This document shows, piece after piece, positions 1 through 8,585 of a stretch of DNA of 64,000 bases. Each line of letters begins with the position of its first letter. Position 1 is the stretch's first letter. This DNA is from Candidatus Omnitrophota bacterium (GTDB lineage Bacteria > Omnitrophota > Gorgyraeia > 1-14-0-20-64-10): NCBI GenBank assembly GCA_016177405.1, contig JACOVG010000006.1:10064-74063 (forward strand). Reading direction: 5' to 3'. Made by a program: the position numbers and the translations under genes. Under the pieces are notes generated by a model that saw only the letters and a list, made by a program, of their open reading frames with translations, did no database searches and had not been told where the DNA came from.

Positions 1-466
1 GGACGTCGACCGGATAGAGGTGTCCTTTCCACTCGACGAGGGCGAGCATCGTGGTCTCCCGCGTGCCCTTGGCGTTGAGCACCACGGTGCCTGCGGGTAG
101 ACCCGAATAGCTCGCCAGCAGGGTGAAGGCTTCCGTCCGCTGGTCCGAGGCCCCGTATCCCCGCAGGATGATGTGAAGCGGGTGGTCGTCCACAATTGGG
201 AACCCCTCGGGGACGGACCGTACGTTCTCGCTCACCCAGGCGAGAATCCGCTCGATCTTTTCTTCAAACCCCTGCCCCGGCGAGGTGACGGACTCCGCGA
301 CACGCTGCGTCTGCCAATGGCGGCTTACGAAGTGGACGGTCTTCTCGGCGAGCGTCAACCGGTGAGAGGTGACCACAAAATTCACCCCTACCCGAGTGGT
401 CACCGGCCACAGGGCAATCCCGGCGACCCCGCAGGCCAAGGCCAGCGTGATGAGGGCCTTCTTCAT
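1..466 (-). CDS. Partial CDS (3' end beyond window): signal/TM-anchored protein with transglutaminase-like core; paralog of 27846..29048
   Basis: Minus-strand ORF open to window edge; ATG at 466 forms ATGA overlap with stop of 463..2337; N-term MKKALITLALACGVAGIALW (signal/TM); segment ILRGYGASDQRTEAFTLLASYSGL parallels VRGIGWCDQKVWTVGTFLSLTGV of the downstream paralog (Cys replaced by Ser). Confidence 0.45.
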   Translation of the reverse strand, partial: MKKALITLALACGVAGIALWPVTTRVGVNFVVTSHRLTLAEKTVHFVSRHWQTQRVAESVTSPGQGFEEKIERILAWVSENVRSVPEGFPIVDDHPLHIILRGYGASDQRTEAFTLLASYSGLPAGTVVLNAKGTRETTMLALVEWKGHLYPVDV

Positions 467-2337
467 CCGGGACATGGGGCCAGCCGAATGGAATCGAGCG
501 TTTTGAGAATCGGACGATTCTCCACCGGAGGAAACGGCAGAGGCCGCGGCCGCGGTTGAGCGAGGAAGGAGCGGACCTGTTGGGCCGCCCCCTCGGGCGT
601 CTCAAAGCGGCTTAGGGCAGGCTGAAACACCGACAGGGCCGAGGGCCTAAGGTTTAACCCGCGGTAGAGCAGCAGATGGAAGGGGACCCCTGCCAGCGCC
701 GTTTCGTACAGCGGGGTCGATGGAAAATCAAGAATGACGCGGTTGGCCCAGGGAAGCCACAGCGGGAAGGGAGATCGGGAAACGATCAGATGTTTTTTTC
801 CCGACCGGGCCACCCATTGGGCCGCCGAGCTCTCCGCGGGATCCTGCGAAGGAAAAAGCTTGATGATAAAGAGATAATCCGGAATTCCCGCGAAGGTCTC
901 GAGGAGAGTTTTTTGGAGCCGGCCATACCAGGTGGGGCTGTAATCGGCCCGGTGCAGGCGGTAGAAGTCCGGCTCCGGCTTATGGAGCGGGTAAACCACC
1001 ACGGGCCGCTCGTCCGGGAGCCTTAGCCGATTTCCCCAGCGCTGAAGATGCCATCCCGGCTGCCGGGCTAAGCGGGCGTACCGTTTCCACCGGTCGGTTC
1101 CCACGTGGATTTTCGCGCAGGGCCGTTTGGCCGAAAGAGCGCGCTCCTTGAAGTAGCCGGCGAATTCTCCGTTCGGGACAAAGTAGTGCTGGCTCCGAAA
1201 GAGCTCGGTCAAGTCCCAGCTGGGCGCCTCCTCCGGGCCGTCCCCATCGGCGATGTGCACCGACTGGGTTTTTTCGGAAGATGCGCAGGCCGCCACGGCC
1301 GGAAATTGAAGGCCTTGAGCGATGGCTGGGGTGATGACAAAATCAATTTTCCATGCGTCGTAGAATTGTCGGAGGGAAGAGGTTTTCTGGGTCACCTTCG
1401 GCAGGAGGTCCCCCGCCCATCCGGCGAGGAGAGGAGACAGCCAAGGCCTCACGGATACGCCAAACCAGCTTTGGGGCCGATCCCAGACGGGGCTGTCGGC
1501 GGCCGAAAGCTCCTGCGCGGCGCGCAGCCAGCGAGAGGATGAATCGGACTTCCTCGGAAGGGCGTCGGACCAAAGGGTTCTCCCGCCCTCGGATAAATCC
1601 AAGATCCGATCCCCGCTGGCCAGGAAGCACCGGTGTCCGGCCTCGAGGGCCTCTTTGAGGAGGTCCTTGAGGTAATGGTCCGATTCCAGGAAAAGGAGCG
1701 TCAACCGCTCGCCTGACCTGGAAGGTGATAAGGCTCCCTGGATTTTCCAGAGTCCCCGCTTGAGGGCTCTCCGGAACGGCTGGCCGGCCGCGGCGCGGCC
1801 AACGGCAGGCCGTGACCCCGCCCCGTCTGCAGAGGAGATTAGCCTCTCCATGGGCAGGCCCTCTTTCTCGCAGAGGGTGCTTGCCCACCAGGCATAAAGA
1901 CCGGGGGCCGACGCGCAGAGGTTTTCGAACGGCTCATCCCAAGCGGCGGTTCGATCCGCCCGGGGGCAGAAGACAACGTCCTTGCGCTCCTCCTTCAGGA
2001 GTTGGTGGATCTCCAGACCGCGGGCATAGAGATTGTCGAGCAAGGTCTTCCAGCAGTAGCCAAAGAGCAAGGCCGGACGAAGGCGCAGCTCATCCAGCTC
2101 CGGAAGGCGCCGGATGAGCCCCTCGTCCAATTCGTCCAGCCATTCCAATTGCCTGCTCCAAAGGGAGGACTCTTCACGACGGAGCGCTTCTTCGACGCCG
2201 TAGTCCCAGGTAATCCGGTGGGGCACCCCCTGGGCCTCCAGGGCCCGCTGGGCGCTGGTGGAGAGAGCCACCGCGGTATCCCCCGAAGAGAGGTTCAGGT
2301 TTCCGGGTACTCCCTCCAGAAGGAAGAGCCGCTTCAT
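463..2337 (-). CDS. Hypothetical protein (624 aa), likely polysaccharide-biosynthesis associated; no motif recognised
   Basis: Long uninterrupted minus-strand ORF, co-directional and stop/start-coupled with neighbours (ATGA at 463-466); no recognisable catalytic motif by eye. Confidence 0.5.
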   Translation of the reverse strand: MKRLFLLEGVPGNLNLSSGDTAVALSTSAQRALEAQGVPHRITWDYGVEEALRREESSLWSRQLEWLDELDEGLIRRLPELDELRLRPALLFGYCWKTLLDNLYARGLEIHQLLKEERKDVVFCPRADRTAAWDEPFENLCASAPGLYAWWASTLCEKEGLPMERLISSADGAGSRPAVGRAAAGQPFRRALKRGLWKIQGALSPSRSGERLTLLFLESDHYLKDLLKEALEAGHRCFLASGDRILDLSEGGRTLWSDALPRKSDSSSRWLRAAQELSAADSPVWDRPQSWFGVSVRPWLSPLLAGWAGDLLPKVTQKTSSLRQFYDAWKIDFVITPAIAQGLQFPAVAACASSEKTQSVHIADGDGPEEAPSWDLTELFRSQHYFVPNGEFAGYFKERALSAKRPCAKIHVGTDRWKRYARLARQPGWHLQRWGNRLRLPDERPVVVYPLHKPEPDFYRLHRADYSPTWYGRLQKTLLETFAGIPDYLFIIKLFPSQDPAESSAAQWVARSGKKHLIVSRSPFPLWLPWANRVILDFPSTPLYETALAGVPFHLLLYRGLNLRPSALSVFQPALSRFETPEGAAQQVRSFLAQPRPRPLPFPPVENRPILKTLDSIRLAPCPG

Positions 2338-2900
2338 TCTGGACCCGGGGGGAAGCGCTTAAGGAATTCCTCCCGAAGCAGGCCGTACTCCAAGAGGTCA
2401 AGGTAGCTGTTCTGCTTGAAAAGGGCCTGCCGGCGCCGGCCCTCCTCCCGCATCCCGAGATGGGCCGCGAGCCCGCGCATGGGCATATTGCTCGCCGATG
2501 TCCCGCAATGGATCCGATGCAGGTTGAGCGATCTGAATCCGTGGTCCAGCAGGAGCCGGGCCGCTTCCTTGGAGTAGCCCTTGCCCCAGCAGTCCTTCTC
2601 ACCGATCAGAATGGCGAATTCCGCCAGGCGGTTCACCCAGTCGATGTTCTGCAGGGAGATGTTTCCGATGTGGCGCCCGCCGTCCGTCAGCGTGACCGCC
2701 AGCACCAGGTCGTTGGGCGAGGCCAGCATCTTTTTGACGTACCTGACCGCATCCTCCGGACGGTACGGAAAGAGGTGGTGGCCGTTGTGCCGGCAGACCT
2801 CCGGGTCGTTGAGCCAATTCAGATAGGCCCCGTCGCAGTCCGCCTCCGTCAAGGACCGCAGGAGAACCCGCTTAGTTTGCAGGAACGGCGGCGGCGTCAT
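2334..2900 (-). CDS. GNAT-family N-acetyltransferase (RimJ/RimL-like)
   Basis: ORF 2334..3041 trimmed to internal ATG at 2900 (MTPPPFLQTKRVLLRSLTEADCD...); GNAT-like core VLAVTLTDGGRHIGNISLQNIDWVNRLAEFAILIGEKDCWGKGYSKEAARLLLDHGF; upstream extension would overlap amidase gene. Confidence 0.7.
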   Translation of the reverse strand: MTPPPFLQTKRVLLRSLTEADCDGAYLNWLNDPEVCRHNGHHLFPYRPEDAVRYVKKMLASPNDLVLAVTLTDGGRHIGNISLQNIDWVNRLAEFAILIGEKDCWGKGYSKEAARLLLDHGFRSLNLHRIHCGTSASNMPMRGLAAHLGMREEGRRRQALFKQNSYLDLLEYGLLREEFLKRFPPGPE

Positions 2901-4302
2901 GGGGGACTCGTGCGGGGTTGGAGAGGATCCCTTTGGGAAACGGATTCGGGGCCGGCGGCAGGCAGCCCGCTTGAGCCAAGGCCCGGACAAACCGAAAAAG
3001 GTCCAGGTCGTTGTAGCGCCGGCAAACCACCTGGGCGCCAAAGGGAAGACCGTGGGGGCCCGTGAAAACCGGCAGGCTCATTGCCGGAACGCCTCCCAGC
3101 GTCCAGATCAAGCAACTGTCCGGGCGGTCAGGGGCGGCCAGTCCGGGAAGGGGCTCCCCGCCCGTGGAGAGGGTCAGCAGCATGTCCCACCCGGAAAGAA
3201 ACCATTGGTCCAGCGCCCCGGCCAGCTCCTCCTGCCGCTGGAGCGCGCCGAGATATTTCTCCAGGCCGATCCCTCGGCCCTCGGCAATCATGGCTTTCAG
3301 GATGGGGCTGACCAGGGCCTCCTGAAGGGCTTCTTCCTTAAAGTAGTAGGCGAGGGTTCTGCAGTAGATGATTTCATGAAGGGCGTGAGCCTCCTCAAGG
3401 CCGGGCGGCCAAGGGGCTTCGTGGAGCTCCACGCCCGGCAAGGTCGAAAGCCGCTCGCTGAAGCGGAGCAGGGCGTCCTGGGCGTAAGGCTCGGCATCAT
3501 TCCACTTGGGGCCCCGCACCCATCCCACCCGCCAGGGGCGATCGGCCCTCCGATGACGGGAGCGGTCGGTCATGAACCGATGCACCAAGGGGTGGTCCGG
3601 GCCCCTGACCCGCGTGGTTTCCAGAAGAAGCTCAAGATCCTCGACGGATCTGGCCATGAAGGCGATGGTGTCCAGCGAATCGGTGGTTTTGAGGGATCCG
3701 GTTCTTGGGATGAGTCCGAAAGAGGGTTTGTAGCCATAAATCCCGCAATAGCTGGCGGGCCGTATGGTTGAGCCGGCCGTTTGAGAAGCCAGGGCCAACG
3801 GGACCATGAAGGCGGCCACCGCCGCGGCGGAACCGCTGGAGGAGGTTCCTGGGCTGTAGTCCGGATGGTGGGGATTCACCGTTGGACCGGGAGCGTGCAC
3901 CGCGAACTCGGCGGTGACGGTCTTCCCCGGCAGGACAGCCCCTGCCTGGCGAAGGTTAAAAACCACCCGGGCATCGTTGCCAGGCGTGTAACCGGCGTAG
4001 ATGGGGCTGCCCATGGTGGTGGGCATGTCCTGCGTGTTGAAGATGTCCTTGATCCCCACCGGAATGCCGGCCAGGGGGCCAGGGTCCTTCCCCTGGCGCA
4101 GGGCTTCATCGACGGCTCTCGCTTGAGCCAGGGCCAGAGAGGGATCGAGGTAAGCCCAGGCCTTAAGGGAGGGTTCCAGGCGCTCTATCTGCGTCAGGCA
4201 AGCCCGGGTGAGGGCCTCCGAGGTCAAGGCCCCTTCTCGGATGCGCCGCAGCGCCTGGGTGGCGGTGAGCCGCTGGAGCGGGGTTTCTTCCGCGGGGCTC
4301 AT
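2872..4302 (-). CDS. Amidase-signature (AS) family enzyme, GatA-like amidase/glutaminase
   Basis: 476 aa; AS signature GGSSSGSAAAVAA (here GTSSSGSAAAVAAF) and Ser-cisSer-Lys context (GIKDIF...K); ATG at 4302 overlaps stop of upstream gene (ATGA). Confidence 0.8.
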   Translation of the reverse strand: MSPAEETPLQRLTATQALRRIREGALTSEALTRACLTQIERLEPSLKAWAYLDPSLALAQARAVDEALRQGKDPGPLAGIPVGIKDIFNTQDMPTTMGSPIYAGYTPGNDARVVFNLRQAGAVLPGKTVTAEFAVHAPGPTVNPHHPDYSPGTSSSGSAAAVAAFMVPLALASQTAGSTIRPASYCGIYGYKPSFGLIPRTGSLKTTDSLDTIAFMARSVEDLELLLETTRVRGPDHPLVHRFMTDRSRHRRADRPWRVGWVRGPKWNDAEPYAQDALLRFSERLSTLPGVELHEAPWPPGLEEAHALHEIIYCRTLAYYFKEEALQEALVSPILKAMIAEGRGIGLEKYLGALQRQEELAGALDQWFLSGWDMLLTLSTGGEPLPGLAAPDRPDSCLIWTLGGVPAMSLPVFTGPHGLPFGAQVVCRRYNDLDLFRFVRALAQAGCLPPAPNPFPKGILSNPARVPHDAAAVPAN

Positions 4303-5516
4303 GCCGAAGGTCTTCCTCCGGTTTCCTCTTTGGCCTTGCCCTCAAGAAACTTCACGATCGCCGGTTTTACCTCAAGTTCGGTCTGCGCAGGACGCGGCGC
4401 CTCCCGCGCGGGATAATCGCTTGGCAGATCGAGGGCCTTTCCCTCCCGCTTGGCCTTGAGGGTCTCAATGAATTCACGCTCGGTCATCCCGGTGATCTTC
4501 AGGTAATAATCCAGCGCGGCGGGCCGCTTGGAATCCTCCTCCCGGGCCAGCGCGAAGCCCTCTTCCCGGGTGAGCAGCCCAGCTCGGACGTCCGCGCTGG
4601 CGTGGTCGGTTCCCCGCCCGAAGCCGCGCTTGATGAATTTGGCGTAGTCGTGAACGCCGGCCATGACGCACTCGACGCTCTTGTAGCCCTTGTAGGTGCC
4701 TTCCACATGGTCCTCCCGCCAGCCGTAGGTCTTCTTCACGAACTCCATCTGGCGCTCCTCATCCCAGAAAATAAAATTGCTCAAGTGAATCCCCACGACA
4801 CCGGAACGCTCAATCTCCTCGCGCGAGGGGAGCTGGAAGAGGCTCATGTCCCGGAGAGAGATTTGGTCATCCGCCATCGCCGGCGGTTCGAACCGGGCCG
4901 AGTACTTCACAAAGTAATCGCGGTCGTATTGGGTGACTTGAGCGCGGTAGTCTCCCCTTCCGTCCCCTTCGGAGACGCTGTCGCCCCAGACCAGGAGCCG
5001 CACCCCGAACTTGACGGCCACCTGAAGGGGAAAGGCCCCCACCCCCATGTGGCAGTGCCAACAGGCGTCGCCGATCGCCCCCAGGGATTTCCGGGCCAGT
5101 TGATTGACAAGCCGGCGGTTGGGGGTGAACATGATGTGATCCACATCGAATTTCTCCAAGGCGTTGTAGAGGTTGTAAAGCCCGGTCTCCGTGTACCAGT
5201 TGTGATTGAAGGTGACCGCCAGGGGCTTGAGCCCATAAACGCGGGTCAGCACATGGAGCTGGAAGGTGCTGTCCTTCCCGCCGCTGATGGGCACCATGCA
5301 GTCGTAGTTTTGGCCGGTCTTATCCCGATACTTCTCAAAGAGCTGGCGCAGCGTCTTCTCCCGGCTGGCCCAGTCGATCCGCATCTTCTCCTCCTGGGCC
5401 CGGCAGGCGGTGCAGATGCCCATCTCATCGAAGGCGACCCCCTCGAGCGTTTCGGGCAAGCAGCAGCGCGTGCAGTATTTCAGAATGCCGGAGTAGGGTG
5501 GACCAGTTTCAGCCAA
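4299..5516 (-). CDS. N-acetyl sugar amidotransferase (PP-loop ATP pyrophosphatase; WbpG/WbuX/PseA family)
   Basis: PP-loop motif VPISGGKDST; N-terminal zinc-ribbon-like KYCTRCCLPETLEGVAFDEMGICTACR typical of this family; probable TTG start at 5516 with GGAGGG SD 8 nt upstream (ORF track start 5576 would overlap DegT by 68 nt). Confidence 0.8.
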   Translation of the reverse strand: MAETGPPYSGILKYCTRCCLPETLEGVAFDEMGICTACRAQEEKMRIDWASREKTLRQLFEKYRDKTGQNYDCMVPISGGKDSTFQLHVLTRVYGLKPLAVTFNHNWYTETGLYNLYNALEKFDVDHIMFTPNRRLVNQLARKSLGAIGDACWHCHMGVGAFPLQVAVKFGVRLLVWGDSVSEGDGRGDYRAQVTQYDRDYFVKYSARFEPPAMADDQISLRDMSLFQLPSREEIERSGVVGIHLSNFIFWDEERQMEFVKKTYGWREDHVEGTYKGYKSVECVMAGVHDYAKFIKRGFGRGTDHASADVRAGLLTREEGFALAREEDSKRPAALDYYLKITGMTEREFIETLKAKREGKALDLPSDYPAREAPRPAQTELEVKPAIVKFLEGKAKEETGGRPSA

Positions 5517-6843
5517 GGGGCGGCCCTCCGACGGTCTTTGCCACTTTTTCGATCGCCCGCGCGATGTCCAGAACATCCTCCAGGAGATGGGGAGGCCTGA
5601 CCCATTCGCTCACCAGCATCTGGTGCTCGTAAAGCTTCTCGGCGTTGGGACAGGTGCCGGGCGCGTAGGTGGCGCGGCTGCCCAGGTTCTCCGGGGCGCT
5701 GAAGGGGTAGCCGTGCTTGAAGAGCCGTTTGGTTTGGTAGATCGGCTGCAGGTAGAGAGGACGGGTGTACCCCTGCGTGAAGGGAACGCCCTCGGCCCGA
5801 AGGGCCTGGGCGAATTCTTCGCGGCTTATCCCGCACCGTTCCGGCAGGAACCGCAGGGGGTACAGGTAATAGGCGCTCTCGCAGTCCTCGCAGCCTGACT
5901 CACCGAACGCCCGGTGAGGACAGCAAGGCGGCGGCACCAGAAACGGTATCCGGGAAAGCCGCTGGCTTAGGGCCTTAACGTACCCCTGACGAACGGCATT
6001 GAATTTCTTGAGCTTCTTCAACTGCTCAAGGCCGATGGCCGCCGTCAGCTCCGTGGGCCGAAGATTGAAACCCAGCAGGTTGGTGCCGTCGGCGCAGCCC
6101 GCCTCTTCCATCACCGCCTCGGCGTGGTTTCGAATGAGCGCCAGGCGCTTCCTCAAGCCCTCATCGCCGGTGACGCACAGGCCCCCCTCCCCGGCTTGAA
6201 TGGTCTTGTTGACGTTGAGGCTGAAAACGCCAATGTCCCCGAAGGTCCCCACCGGCTTACCCCGGTATTTGGCTCCGTGGGCCTGGGCGCAGTCCTCGAT
6301 GATTTTCAGACCGCGGCCGCGGGCCAACTGGAGGATGGGATCCATGTCGGCCGGTATCCCGAATTGATGAACCACCACGATCGCGCGCGTCCGATCCGTC
6401 AGACGGGCCCGGATCGACCCGGGGTCGAGAGAGCCCGACTCAAGTTTGACGTCGGCGAAAACTGGAATGGCTCCGTACACCAGGGGGCAGGAAGCCGCCG
6501 CCGACATCGTGTAGGGGGAAACGATGACCTCGTCGCCGTATCCCAGCCCCAGGGCGCCGATCGCCGCGATGAGGCCTGAAGTGGCGCTGTTCATGCCGAC
6601 GGCGTACCGGATTCCATAAGCCTCGCACCAGGCGCGCTCCAGGGCCTGCACCCTGGGGCCGCCCCAGAAGCTGAAAGGCGGTTCCGGAGCATGGGAACCT
6701 TCGAAGAAGGAAAGGACTCCTCGCTCCATGGCCTCCCGCACGGCCCGCTTCTCCTCTTCCCCCAGGGTGAGGTTTTCCATCCAGGGCCGGGTTCGGACCG
6801 GCGGCCCGCCATGGATGGCCAAGGTGTCAGGATCGGGCCGCAT
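5509..6843 (-). CDS. DegT/DnrJ/EryC1/StrS-family PLP-dependent sugar aminotransferase
   Basis: 444 aa; family core AVGMNSATSGL...VIVSPYTMSAAAS...FSLNVNKTIQAGEGG (PLP-Lys); alternative ATG at 6780 (MENLTLGEEEKR) also possible. Confidence 0.8.
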   Translation of the reverse strand: MRPDPDTLAIHGGPPVRTRPWMENLTLGEEEKRAVREAMERGVLSFFEGSHAPEPPFSFWGGPRVQALERAWCEAYGIRYAVGMNSATSGLIAAIGALGLGYGDEVIVSPYTMSAAASCPLVYGAIPVFADVKLESGSLDPGSIRARLTDRTRAIVVVHQFGIPADMDPILQLARGRGLKIIEDCAQAHGAKYRGKPVGTFGDIGVFSLNVNKTIQAGEGGLCVTGDEGLRKRLALIRNHAEAVMEEAGCADGTNLLGFNLRPTELTAAIGLEQLKKLKKFNAVRQGYVKALSQRLSRIPFLVPPPCCPHRAFGESGCEDCESAYYLYPLRFLPERCGISREEFAQALRAEGVPFTQGYTRPLYLQPIYQTKRLFKHGYPFSAPENLGSRATYAPGTCPNAEKLYEHQMLVSEWVRPPHLLEDVLDIARAIEKVAKTVGGPPLG

Positions 6844-7840
6844 GGGACAATTCCTTTGCCGAAGCCAGCGCCCTGGCCCTCCACATCAGCCGCATGGTTT
6901 CCCGCACTGCGGTGAGGCCCACCCCCTCCGGGTCTCCCTGGGGCGTCTTTCCCGCGAGGCAGGCGTCGATCCGGTCGAGGGCATGCGCCAAAGGCCTCTG
7001 AAGCGCCTGAAAGGGAGAGCCCTCCGCGGGGACCAAGATCCGTTCTCCCCAATCGTTGACGGCCGTCTCCCAGACGGCGATGGCCTGGCCAAAGTTGAGA
7101 AGCTGGACCCGCCCCCTCTGGAAACGGAGATCGCACTCGAACATCTGGTAGAGCCGCTCATCGAACGTCCTGAAGCTCACCGGCGCGCCTTCCCACCGAA
7201 GCGTGAGGTGCAGGTTGTCATCCCCCGCGCGCCCGCCGGGGGCCGTGGAAACGTTCGCGATCTTGGGTTCTCCCGGAAGGAGCAGCCGGAGGGTGTGCAC
7301 CAGGTGGACACCGCTGTTCATCCATCCCCCGTAGGTGGTGGAGATCCCTTCCACCAAAGGGCCCAAAACACCGGATCGGATCCGGCGAGCCAGTTTCTGA
7401 TAGGCCGGATCAAAACGCCGGGGATGATGGACCAGGATACGGGTTCGGCCGGTCCGTTCCAGGTCCAAGAGCCGATCCAGATCCGCCTCGTCAAGACAAA
7501 CCGGCTTCTCCATAAAGAGAACCCGCGGAGGATTCTGGGCCAGGAGAATCTGCTTGGCCTGGTCGAAATGGAGCTCGCTGGGGCTGCACAGGCTGATGAC
7601 GTCCACCCGCTCCTTCTCTAGAAAGGCGTTCAGCGAAGCGAACCGGCCCGGGACACGCCATCGTTTGCCCAGGGCCTCCCGCCGGCTGGCCTTGGGATCC
7701 ACCACCGCCGTCAGCTTGAAGGCCGGGTGCTGGTGGTAAGCCTGGGCGTGTGTCTGGACCGGCCCGCGGCTGCGGGGCTCGTCCAGAAGGCCCGCAATTC
7801 TTCCGCAGCCCACCAGGGCTGCCGTCCAATCAGGCTTCAT
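6827..7840 (-). CDS. Gfo/Idh/MocA-family NAD(P)-dependent oxidoreductase (WbpB-like sugar dehydrogenase candidate)
   Basis: ORF 6827..8140 trimmed to ATG at 7840 (MKPDWTAALVGCGRIAGL Rossmann motif); the 100-aa N-terminal extension in the ORF track overlaps the upstream gene and is not credible. Confidence 0.75.
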   Translation of the reverse strand: MKPDWTAALVGCGRIAGLLDEPRSRGPVQTHAQAYHQHPAFKLTAVVDPKASRREALGKRWRVPGRFASLNAFLEKERVDVISLCSPSELHFDQAKQILLAQNPPRVLFMEKPVCLDEADLDRLLDLERTGRTRILVHHPRRFDPAYQKLARRIRSGVLGPLVEGISTTYGGWMNSGVHLVHTLRLLLPGEPKIANVSTAPGGRAGDDNLHLTLRWEGAPVSFRTFDERLYQMFECDLRFQRGRVQLLNFGQAIAVWETAVNDWGERILVPAEGSPFQALQRPLAHALDRIDACLAGKTPQGDPEGVGLTAVRETMRLMWRARALASAKELSHAARS

Positions 7841-8585
7841 TTCGCAGCGCTTTCCACCGCCTGGGAACGGTTTGGTTTCGACGGGCCAGCTCCGGGTGGT
7901 CGAGCAAGAAGTCGATGATTTCACCCAACCCGAATCCGGGCCGCCTCGGATAAAAATGCTCGTACACGGCGGAGACCACCTCAAAATCTTCCTCGGTGTC
8001 CACCTCCAGGTGAAACTTCGGCTGCCGGTGCCAGGGCGGAGCTTCCAGGTTGCACAGCCTGAACCGGTCCGGGTATTGTGTGATGTTCCAGCCGGCATGG
8101 GACCGGCGATCCGCGTCGGCCACAAGCCGTTCGGTCTCAAGCAAGACCCTGGCCGGATAAACGAAGACCTCCATCCCCGGCGGATAGGTGGTCGTCAGGC
8201 CATTGGTCACGTAGTCGTAGCGGTCCAGATTCTTCAGGGCGAATCCCGTCACCGCGTCCACCAAGAGAGGGTCGGGCATGGGGTTGTCCCCCATGAACTC
8301 GACATGGAGATCCACCGAGAAGGCCTTGAGCGCTCCGGCCACCCGGCCCAAAACATCCTCCTCGCTGCCCCGGAAACAGGGAATGCTCAAGCGCGAGGCA
8401 AGCTGCGCCAGGGGATCGTCCCCGGCCTCGGTGGAAGTGGCCAAGATCACCTCGTCAATCAGCCGGCTGCGCCGGATCCTCTCGATCTGGAGCTCCAGCA
8501 TCGGCATCCCAAGGATGGGGCGCAGGACCTTGCCCGGCAGCCTGGAAGATCCCATCCGGGCCTGGACGGTGGCCGAGATCCTCAC
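7830..8585 (-). CDS. Cytidylyltransferase, SpsF/acylneuraminate cytidylyltransferase-like (GT-A nucleotidyltransferase fold)
   Basis: N-term ISATVQARMGSSRLPGKVLRPILGMPML is the classic CMP-sugar synthetase (SpsF/NeuA/KdsB) phosphate-binding signature; 251 aa. Confidence 0.65.
   Translation of the reverse strand: MRISATVQARMGSSRLPGKVLRPILGMPMLELQIERIRRSRLIDEVILATSTEAGDDPLAQLASRLSIPCFRGSEEDVLGRVAGALKAFSVDLHVEFMGDNPMPDPLLVDAVTGFALKNLDRYDYVTNGLTTTYPPGMEVFVYPARVLLETERLVADADRRSHAGWNITQYPDRFRLCNLEAPPWHRQPKFHLEVDTEEDFEVVSAVYEHFYPRRPGFGLGEIIDFLLDHPELARRNQTVPRRWKALRNEA

Noticed and set aside
173-559. Plus-strand 128-aa ORF at the left edge
   Set aside because: Lies antisense to a coherent minus-strand gene (transglutaminase-like paralog, start 466) and to 463..2337; Gly/Arg/Pro-rich composition typical of spurious ORFs in high-GC DNA.
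6827-8140. 437-aa ORF-track product for the Gfo/Idh/MocA gene
   Set aside because: First 100 aa overlap the upstream cytidylyltransferase gene and lack any domain; ATG at 7840 immediately precedes the Rossmann motif.
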